In this document: positions 40,054 to 55,524 of the stretch, one piece after another
Position numbering within the stretch: position 1 is the stretch's first letter
Layout: every line of letters starts with the position of its first letter
Source: the human T2T-CHM13v2.0 reference genome, Homo sapiens
Assembly (NCBI RefSeq): GCF_009914755.1
Contig: NC_060935.1
Reading direction: 5' to 3' (one strand)
DNA length: 64,000 nt
Notes under the pieces: generated by a model
Databases searched by the model: none
Told to the model about the DNA's origin: nothing
What the model saw: only the letters and a program-made list of their open reading frames with translations
Position numbers and translations under genes: made by a program

Positions 40054-40568
40054 GGTCCTTACCTGAAGCCCAAGGTGATTTTTGGCCGCTGGCGACCTTG
40101 TGACCGTTGGCAGTGGGTCAGATGTGGCACTCAGAATTAGGGGAAGGATTGGTGATGCCAGAACATCTGGTGAAGCCGGCACTTCAAGGCACTCCTCAAG
40201 CCTGGAAAGCCTCACCAATAGGTATGACTCATGGTTTCGTGAAAAGCTGCTGATCTCATTAGTTTCAGAAATGATTGCATGGCTGGGCAGGGACTCTCGG
40301 GTAGATGCAACGCTGACTGGGTGCCCCCGGGAAGAATACCTCGCATTTCTCCTGAGGTGGTGAAATAGGCGGAAACTGGTTCCCATCCAAATCCTGGAAA
40401 CCACCATGGGTGAGGTCATGTCCACACATGTCAAGGCCTTGATGAGATAGTTATCTGCATAGTCCAGAAAAATCACTTTTCCACCAAACATTCTAAATGA
40501 TTGATGGAGAAACAAATTTTCCAATTACGCTAACTTTCATTGTTATTACTAAAGAATTAAGTGCTACA

Positions 40569-40569
<1 letters not shown>

Positions 40570-40607
<38 letters not shown>
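40570..40607. repeat. (CA)n microsatellite
   Basis: Direct reading. Confidence 0.95.
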
Positions 40608-40609
<2 letters not shown>

Positions 40610-41500
40610 CACACAATATTCAGATAAAAAGAAAGCCTAATTATTTTATATTCAGAAAAAAATGAATTGGCCTTTCTGAACAACCACAACGATGAAAAAG
40701 GAAAAGAAATCTGTTAAAACTTTAATTTTAGTTTTCCTTTTAGATTTTAAAATAATTGTGAAATATTTCAAACATAGAAAATATATAGAGTTTTTCTTTC
40801 TTTTTGGGAAACAGAGTTACAATGAAAGATACAATTGGAGACCACAGGGTACCATTGCGCCGGTCCTATTCTTCTGCTTCTCTTCTGAGTACTCATGCTT
40901 ATTTTATACTTTTACTATCTATGTATGCATCCCTAAACTGTAAATAGCAAAATTTTGCACATTTTAAGATTTTATCTGAATGGTCCTATGTCTGTATCAT
41001 TCTGCAGTGTGTGTTTTATCAATATTAGTATTTGTTGTTCTCTCAATTTGAAGTTTTCCACATTTATTTTAAGTGTTCCATTAAACATATTCCATTCCAG
41101 AAAATATATTGAAATTTATTCATTTCTATTGATAGATATTTAAATCATTTCCAAATGTTTGCTCCCAGGAAAACAGCTGCAATGGACATTATTACACATG
41201 TTTCCTCATGCACAAGAGTTAAAGTTTCTCTAAAACACTATTTTGGAGAGAGTATGAGCATCTTCAGAGTTCCTAGATAATGCCAAATTGTTTTTCAAAG
41301 TAATAGTATTAATTTACCCTCCTACCAGCATATCCTTACCAACACTTGGCATTGCCAAACTTTTGAATTTTCATAAATTTGATGGATGTGAAATGTTTTC
41401 TCATTAGTGTTATAATTTGCATTCTGCAGATATTAATGAGTTTGAGCACATTTTCATATATTTATTGTCTTCTCAGGTTTTCTTTCCTGTGAATTGCCTG

Positions 41501-42642
41501 TTTATATTTATTTATTTATATAATTATATTTATGTATTTATATTTATATAAATTTATATTTATAATTATGTAAATTTATATTTATATTTATTTAAACTTA
41601 TATTTATATAATATATAATATATAATATATTATATAAATATAAATATATAATATATTATATAAATATAAATATATAATATATTATATATTTATAAATATA
41701 TAATATATTATATATTTATATGAATATAATTTATTATATATTTATATTTATATAAATATTATATATTTATATTCATATAAATATATAATTTTATATATTA
41801 TATATTCATATAAATATATATTTATATTCATATGAATATAAATATATATTTATATTTATATGAATATATAATATATAAAATTATTATAATATATTATATA
41901 TATAATATATTATATATATAATATCTTTTATATATAATATATTATATAAATATATATTTATTTATTTATATTATATATTATATATTCATATAAATATATA
42001 TTTATATTTATATGAATATATAACATATAAAATTATATATTCATATGAATATAAATATATAATATTTATATAAATATAAATATATAATATAATTATATTC
42101 ATATAAATATATTATATATAATATATATAATATATTTATATATATTATATATAATATAATTATATTATATTATATATATAATATATTATTATATATATAA
42201 TTATATATTATATAATATATAATATATATAATAATATATATGATTATATATTATATAAATATATAATATATTATATATTTATATAATATATAATATATAT
42301 AATATATTAATATAATATATAATATATATGTAATATATATTATATAATATATAATATATGTAATATATATTTATATAATATATATTATATATGTAATATA
42401 TATTTATATAATATATATTATATATGTAATATATATTTATATAATATATATTATATATGTAATATATATTTATATAATATATATTATATATGTAATATAT
42501 ATTTATATAATATATATTATATATGTAATATATATTTATATAATATATATTATATATGTAATATATATTTATATAATATATATTATATATGTAATATATA
42601 TTTATATAATATATATTATATATGTAATATATATTTATATAT
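41501..42642. repeat. ~1.14 kb almost pure A/T low-complexity tract ending in a perfect 33-bp minisatellite (42360-42640)
   Basis: Single G recurs at 42360, 42393, 42426, 42459, 42492, 42525, 42558, 42591, 42624. Confidence 0.95.
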
Positions 42643-43227
42643 TAGCCCATGTTTTCATTGTATTGATTTTGTTTTCTTATTGAATTGTAGGCATTTTTAT
42701 TTTTTTTATTTTTATTTATTTATTTATTTATTTATTTCTGACCTGGGGGATGCTATAAACTGAATTCTGTGCCCCACTCCCTACCCAGTTCCCTACCCAG
42801 TTTCGTATGTTGAAGCTTTAACCCTTAATGTGATCGTATTTGGAGATGGGGTGTTTGGAAGTTTAATGTATTTATTTAAATTTTTTATTTCCATAGGTTA
42901 TTGGTGAACAGGTGGTGTTTAGTTACATGAGTAAGCTCTTTAGTGGTGATTTGTGAGATTTTGGTGCGCCCATCATCCGAGCGGTGTACACTGCCCCAAT
43001 CTGTAGTCTTTTTTTTTTTTTAATTATACTTTAAGTTTTAGGGTACATGTGCACATTGTGCAGGTTAGTTACATATGTATACATGTGCCATGCTGGTGCA
43101 CTGCACCCACTAACTCGTCATCTAGCATTAGGTATATCTCCCAATGCTATCCCTCCCCCCTCCCCCCACCCCACAACAGTCCCCAGAGTGTGATATTCCC
43201 CTTACTGTGTCCATGTGATCTCATTGT

Positions 43228-47980
<4,753 letters not shown>

Positions 47981-48434
47981 CTTTGTGGTTTTATCTACTT
48001 TTGGTCTTTGATGATGGTGATGTACAGATGGGTTTTTGGTGTGGATGTCCTTTCTGTTTGTTAGTTTTCCTTCTAACAGACAGGACCCTCAGCTGCAGGT
48101 CTGTTGGAATACCCTGCCCTGTGAGGTGTCAGTGTGCCCTTGCTGGGGGGTGCCTCCCAGTTAGGCTGCTCAGGGGTCAGGGGTCAGGGACCCACTTGAG
48201 GAGGCAGTCTGCCCATTCTCAGATCTCCAGCTGCGTGCTGGGAGAACCACTGCTCTCTTCAAAGCTGTCAGACGGGACATTTAAGTCTGCAGAGGTTACT
48301 GCTGTCTTTTTGTTTGTCTGTGCCCTGCCCCCAGAGGTGGAGCCTACAGAGGCAGGCAGGCCTCCTTGAGCTGTGGTGGGCTCCGCCCAGTTCGAGCTTC
48401 CCAGCTGCTTTGTTTACCAAATCAAGCCTGGGCA

Positions 48435-48743
48435 ATGGTGGGCGCCCCTCCCCCAGCCTCGCTGCCGCCTTGCAGTTTGATCTCAGACTGCTGTGCTAGC
48501 AATCAGCGAGACTCCGTGGGCGTAGGACCCTCCAAGACAGGTGTGGGATATAATCTCGTGGTGCGCCGTTTTTTAAGCCCGTTGGAAAAGCGCAGTATTC
48601 GGGTGGGAGTGACCCGATTTTCCAGGTGCCGTCCGTCACCCCTTTCTTTGACTTGGAAAGGGAACTCCCTGACCCCTTGCGCTTCCCAAGTGAGGCAGTG
48701 CCTCGCCCTGCTTTGGCTCGCGCACGGTTCGCGCACCCACTGA
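48435..48743 (+). CDS. L1 antisense ORF0-like reading frame (102 aa)
   Basis: MVGAPPPASLPPCSLISDCCASNQRDSVGVGPS...RVGVTRFSRC within ORF 48366..48743; ATG context gcaATGG; expression unknown. Confidence 0.6.
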   Translation: MVGAPPPASLPPCSLISDCCASNQRDSVGVGPSKTGVGYNLVVRRFLSPLEKRSIRVGVTRFSRCRPSPLSLTWKGNSLTPCASQVRQCLALLWLAHGSRTH

Positions 48744-48890
48744 CCTGCGCCCACTGTCTGGCACTCCCTAGTGAGATGAACCCAGTACCTCAGATGGAAA
48801 TGCAGAAATCACCGTCTTCTGCGTCGCTCACGCTGGGAGCTGTAGACCGGAGCTGTTCCTATTCGGCCATCTTGAATTGTAGGCATTTTT

Positions 48891-50330
48891 AAAAACAGAC
48901 TCTGGAGATGAATCTTTTCTAGTTATATACTTTGTAAGTATCTATACCGTAGATAACCTTTTATTTTGACTGAAATATCTTTTGTTGTGCAGAAGTTATT
49001 AATTTTGATGTATTTAACCTTAAATGTTTTCCTTTATGGCCTGTACTTATGTTGTGTTTAAGAAATAAATATTTTCTATGCTGAGGTCATACATACATGC
49101 TCCTCAGTTATAAAATTTTACAGTTTTTGCTTTTCACATTTAGATTTTTAATTCATCCAGAACCTTTTTGTGTATGGTGTTAATTTTAATTGTGCAGGGA
49201 GTTAATTTTAATTTCTGTCTTCTACATAAATAATCAACTCTCCCAAACTTTCACTAAATAATCTATTCATTCTGTTATACTTGATGACACCATATTCATC
49301 TATAGTGTATTTCCCCATATGGCTAGGTCTGTTTTTAGGCTCTTTATTTGGTTCTAATTATTCATTGATCTGTTCCTATGCCAGGTGCATATTTCATAAT
49401 TCGTCCAGCTTTTTGTCTTCTATTCTTGGCCCTTTCTTCTCTTGCATGCTTTTTAGGATCAAATTGTGAAATTGAGTGAGAAACCCTACCAAAATTTTAT
49501 TTGGAATTGCATTGATTTTAACAATTTAATTTGGGAATAATTAATGTCTTTAAGATTTTCTGTCTTCTCACATATAACTATGGCAAATATCTTCATTTAT
49601 CTAGATCTTTCTTTTAATAATGTTTTATAATTTTCATCATGAAACTTTCACTTTTTTTTAGATTTATTCCTAAATGCTTTGCATATTTTTGCAGTTTTGT
49701 AAGTGGGAATTTTTTCTATTCCATTTTTCTAATTATTACTTATTTATGAGTAAACTACTAATTTTGATATGTTGACCTAATGTTCAAAAATCTTGCTAAG
49801 TTATTTTATTAGTTCTCATATATTTTAAAATGACTTTCAAGTTTTCTATGTAATTCAACCGTATCTTCTAAAAATAAGAACAGATTTGACTTCAATTTTA
49901 AATTTATTTATTTTCTTGATTTGTGTGATTAACTTAGGTATCCAAGGCAGAGTTAAATAGAAGGGGCAATAAAGAATCATGGTCTTGTTCCTGACAAGAC
50001 AATACTTCTAAAGCGTTCCATTTTAAGTGTGATGTTTGCTACAGGTGTTTAATAGATACTGCTTATTAATCTGATGAAGTTTACTTTTACTCCTAGTTTA
50101 ATAAGAGGTTTTTATATTTAAATCATGAATGAATGGAGAATTATATTGGGTGCTTTTTCTGTACATATCGAGATAATATGCTGTTCTATCGTTGCATCTA
50201 ATAGTTTAGATCATAACTGGTTAATTTCCTGATGTTGAACTATCCTTGTAGTCTTAAGATAAACTATTTGTGGTCATAATCTATTACTGTCGTTAAAATA
50301 GTTTTGGATTTAATATTTATTCTCCTGTAT
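48891..50330 (-). mobile_element. Ancient L1M host element (continues the ~40740-41500 and 42643-42698 pieces)
   Basis: Degenerate antisense ORF2 motifs resume after the TSD. Confidence 0.6.
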
Positions 50331-52070
50331 ACTTATATCTAGTTTTTCTAGCACTATTTATTGAATAGGGTGTTCTTCCCCCCATGTTCTTGGTGTCTTT
50401 GTCAAAAATTAGTTGGCTGTAATTATGTGGATTTATTTCTGGATTCTCTATATTACTCCATTGGTCTGTGTGTCTATCTTTATACTCATGACATGCTGTT
50501 TTGGTTACTATAGCTGTGTAGTATATTTTGAAGTCAGATAGTATGATACCTCTAGCTTTATTCTGTTAGTTCAGGATTGCTTTTTCTACTTGAGCTCTTT
50601 TGCTTTTCCATAATTTTGGATTTTTTTCTATTTTTGTCACTAATTTTATTGGTATTTTGATAGGGATTGCATTGAATTTGTAGACTGCTTTGGGTAGTAT
50701 GGCCATTTTAACAATATTAATTCCTCTGACCCAGGAGCATGGTGTAGCTCTTCATTTTTTTGTGTCTTCTTCAATTTCTTTAGACAGTGTTTTGTAGTCT
50801 TACTACAAAAAGGATGCTTTTTACCTCCTTGGTTAAAATTATTCCTAGGTATTTTAATTTTTTGTAGCTATTATAAATGGAATTGCTTTTGCACACAGTT
50901 TGTTACTGGTGTATAGAAACATCATTGATTTTTGTATGTTAATTTTGTATCCTGCAACTTTACTGAGTTTATCAGTTCTAGGAAGTTTTTGGTAGAGCCT
51001 TTAGGTTTTTCTATATCATATCATCTGCAACATAGGACAATTTGACTTCTTCTTTCTTGATTAAAATTCCTTTTATTTCTTTCTCTTGCCTGATTGCTCT
51101 AGTTAGGACTTGTAACACAATGTTGAATAAGAGTGGTGAAAATGGGCAACCTTGTCTTACTCTAGTTCTTAGAGAAAAGGCTTTCAGCTTTTCCCCATTC
51201 AGTATGATGTTAGCTGTGGGTTTATCATATATGGCTTTTATTATGTTGACGTCTGTTTCTTCTATGCCTAATTTGTTTAGAGTTTTTATCATAAAAAGAT
51301 GTTGATTTTATCAAATGCTTTTTCTGCGTATATTGAAATGATCAATATAAAAAGTGGTTTTTGTCCTTCATTCTGTTGATGTGATGTATCATGTTCATTG
51401 ATTTGTGTAGGTCAAACCATCCTTTCATTCCTAGATAAATTCCACTTGATCATGGTATATTATCTTTTTGATGCCATTATGGATTTAATTTGCTAGTATT
51501 CTGTTGAGGATTTTTGCATTTATGTTCATTAGGAATATTGGCCTGTAGTTTTCCTTTTTTTGTTGTGCCCTTGTCTAGTTTTGGTATCAAGGTAATGTTG
51601 GCCTCATAGAATGAGTGTAGAAGAATTTCCTCCTTTTCAATTTTCTGGAAGAGCTTGAGAAGAATTGGCATTAGTTCTTCTTTATAAGTTTGGTAGATTT
51701 CAGCAGTAATGCCATCCAGGCCAGGGTTTTTCTTTGTTGAGAGAGTTTTTATTACTGATTCAATCTTATTCCCCATTATTGGTCTGTTCAGGCTTTCTGT
51801 TTCTTCCTGGTTAAATCTTGGTAGGTTGTATGTGTCCACTATTTATCCATTTCCCGTAGGTTTTTCAGTTTGTTAGTGTAGAGTTATTTATAATAATCTA
51901 TGATGATCTTTTGTGTATTTGTAGTATCAGTTGTAATGTCTTCTTTTTCATTTCTGATTTTGTTTATTTGGGTCTTCTATTTTTCTTGGTGCCTTAGCTA
52001 GCAGTTTATCCTTTTAAAAAACAACTTCATTTTATTAATATTTTGTATCTTTTTTAGTCTCTATTTCATT
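50330..52070 (-). mobile_element. L1PB/L1MA ORF2 fragment
   Basis: ORFs 51011..51292 and 51477..51839 are diverged ORF2p. Confidence 0.85.
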
Positions 52071-52605
52071 TTTCCTTTTGTCTTAGTTTTGAAGGGGTAC
52101 ATGTGCAGGTTTGTTACATGGGTAAATTGCACATCACAGCGGTTTGATGTGCAGATTATTTTGTCACTCAGGTAATGAGCATAGTACCCAACAGGTAGTT
52201 TTTCAACCCTCACCCTCCTCCCACCTTCCACCCTCAAGTAGGCTGGAATTGTTCCCTTCTTTGTGTTCTATTGTTCCCTTCTTTGTGTTCATGTGTATGC
52301 AATGTCTAGCTCCCATTTACAAGTGAGAACACACTGTATTTGGTTTTCTGTTCTGGCATTATTTTGCTTAGTATAATGGCTTCTGGTTCTATGCACATTG
52401 CTGCAAAGGGCATGATTTTGTTCTTTTTTATGGCTGCATAGGATCCCATTGTATATATGTATCACATTTTATTTATTCAGTTCACTGTTGATGGGCATTT
52501 AGGTTGATTCCATGTTTTTGCTATTGTGAATAGTGCTGCAATGAATATATGTGTGCATGTGTCTTTTTCGTAGAATGATTTCTATTCCCTTGGGTACATA
52601 CCCAG
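52070..52605 (-). mobile_element. Old L1PA (PA15/16-like) 3' end
   Basis: ggggtacatgtgcaggtttgttacatgggtaaattgc. Confidence 0.8.
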
Positions 52606-53070
52606 AAACTTATTCTTTTTCATCCTCCTATTTTTCCTGTTTCATTTTCATTTTTGTTGCTTATTTATTTTTCTTCCTTGGATTTTTTTTTTAGTTATTT
52701 GAGAGTCTTAAGAAAACTTATTTGAAAGTCTTTGTCAGATTGCTGCATAACATTAATTTTATTTGGAGTGAATCTGTGTCCTGATTGTTGGTTTTTTTTG
52801 CTATCTTTGTTAGCATTTGATTTCTTTATGTGTAGTGGATTTTGGTATAAAATATCATTGTGTGCGAGTGTTTTATTGATTTATTTAGTGTTTTATTTTT
52901 ATTCCTGTTACCTCACACACAAACCTCTGTGTTCACACTGTTTTTTGTAGTTTTGTGATTGTTTCTGCCTGGATTTCCTAAGCCTTACCATTTAGAATCA
53001 AGTTTTGTAATGGCATTTTGGAGCTCCTGCTCCTACCATAAGTCAGGATATCACAGATAGAACCACCCAC

Positions 53071-53484
53071 TGTAGCAGATGCTATTGCTGTTGGTGCCCC
53101 ACCCAGCTGCTCTGGGTGTTGATTGCTAATAGATCACACTTGTATTCTTTTCTAAAAGATTATCTTTGACTGATAGAAGTTTTTTATCTTTTGTTTTCTG
53201 AAGGATTCACAACTTCACTTTGGGAGTTGGCATATGGCCAATGACTGACTGAAGCAAGAGTGTAAGAGCTTCTCCCTCCTTCTTCTGGACAGGACAATCT
53301 TTGACACATTTTAAATTTCAGAGCTCCCTGCGGGATCATGCTTTTCCTAAAATGATATGCCTAGCTGCTGCTTCTACACTGTTCTGCTTTCCTCACTCCA
53401 TTATGGGTTTCTCCTGAAAGAACGCTTTCAGTAAATTGATCACCTCATCTCAGACTTCGCTTCTGGGGAAGTCAACCCAAAACA
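53071..53484 (+). mobile_element. LTR16-like (ERVL) solo LTR
   Basis: tgtagcagatgct ... ggccaatgactgactga ... cttctggggaa..caacccaaaaca. Confidence 0.6.
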
Positions 53485-53918
53485 AACCTAAGGTGGCTTA
53501 GTTTATCTTTAGGTCACAAGCTCATGTCTGTTCTAGACACACAGGTCAGCCTCCTTTCATGATGACAGGGACTGAGAGAGAAGTCTCTTTTCAAGCAATG
53601 ATGCAGACAATACTGTCTTACATGAAACTTTTCTACTCTCCTTAGCTCACAGTGGTGGACTCTCAGCTGTTACATGGTGCTTCAGGACACAGAGCTCTGT
53701 GCATGTTTGGTTTCAACCACTCTCATAACTTTACACTTATGTTCTTGGTAACTCTTGTTTCTTGACCTTAATTATATCTTTTTAATTATTTATTTTTACA
53801 TAAAACATTGTTCTAGGTTTGGATCAGATAGTTGCATCAAACCTAGGGAAGTCACTGAGATTTTTTTCTATTTGTACACATTTATGAATTTTCTCCTCAA
53901 AGAGATTATGTAGCATGA

Positions 53919-54269
<351 letters not shown>

Positions 54270-54764
54270 TTGTAAGTGTATTTCTGTGTCAATAGATGTA
54301 TTTTCTGCAGCATTATTTTCTTTTCCTGGGATAAATCACATGTAGTCATAATGTGCTGTCTTTTTTATTTACTATTGGATTTAATTTGCTAGAATTTTTT
54401 GGAAGATTTTTGAGTCTATATTCATGAGGTGTATTTATATGCTGCATTTTCTTTTCTTTTCGTAATGTCTCTGTTTTAAGAATGAGGGTAATATTGACTT
54501 CATATAAAGAATCAGGAGGTATTTTCTACTCATCTTTTTCTGAAAGAGTGTTTATGATTGACATAATTTTTTTTCTTATATGTTAGAATTTACCAATGAA
54601 ACCATCTGGGCTCAGCATTTTCTTTGTGGAAATACATTAAATTATAAATTCAATTTATTAAATGGATAGAGGACTGTGAGGATTTAAAAATTTCTTCTTG
54701 AGGCATTTTTAATAATTTGTGTTTTTTTCAAGGAACTTGTACTTTTTAATCTAAGTTTAAAAAA

Positions 54765-55045
54765 CTTACTCAGGAATGGAAAACTAAACATCATATATTC
54801 TTACTTTTAAGTGGGAGCTAAGCTATGAGAGTGCTTAAGAATGATATAATGGACTATGGGGACTTGGGGGAAAGGGTGGGAGGGTGGTGAGGGATAAAAG
54901 ACTACACATTGGGTGCAATGTACACTGCTTAGGTGATGGGTGCACCAAAATCTCAGAAATCACACCTAAAGAACTTATCCATGTAACCAAACACCACCTA
55001 TTCTCCCAAAACTATTGAAATAATAATAAAAATAAAAATATATTA
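54765..55045 (+). mobile_element. L1PB-type 3' end
   Basis: aagtgggagctaagctatgag ... ggtgagggataaaagactacacattggg ... ccatgtaaccaaacaccacct. Confidence 0.8.
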
Positions 55046-55050
55046 AAAAT

Positions 55051-55344
55051 AGTCTGGGCACAGTGGCTCACACCTGCAATCCCAGCACTTCGGGAGGCTG
55101 GGGCAGGCTCATCTCTTTGTCTCAGGAATTCAAGACCAGCCTGAGCAACACGGTAAAACCCTGTCTCTACAAAAAATATGAAAAGTTAGCCAGGTTTCGT
55201 GGTAAGTGTCTGTGATCCCAGCTATTCAGGAGGATGAAGTAGGAGGGTTGCTTGAGCCCGGGAGGTGGAAATTGCAGTGAGCTAAGATTAGGCCACTGTA
55301 CTCCATCCTGGGTGACAAAGCGAGACCCTCATCTCAAAAAAAAA
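55051..55344 (+). mobile_element. AluJ
   Basis: Diverged dimeric Alu with short poly(A). Confidence 0.9.
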
Positions 55345-55524
55345 CCCCAAGTATATATATATGTAATATATAAAAAATATATATAATATATAAATATATT
55401 TATATATAATTTTTAAAAATCTTAAAAGATTAAATAAATCTATTAGTATACATGGTTATTATATTTACTTGTTATAATTTAATATCTATAGGACTTGCAG
55501 TAATGTCTCATTTTGTATTCTTTT

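Noticed and set aside
42360-42640. 33-bp repeats as a CRISPR-like array near an RT
   Set aside because: Head-to-tail identical AT units with no spacers, in mammalian DNA; a minisatellite
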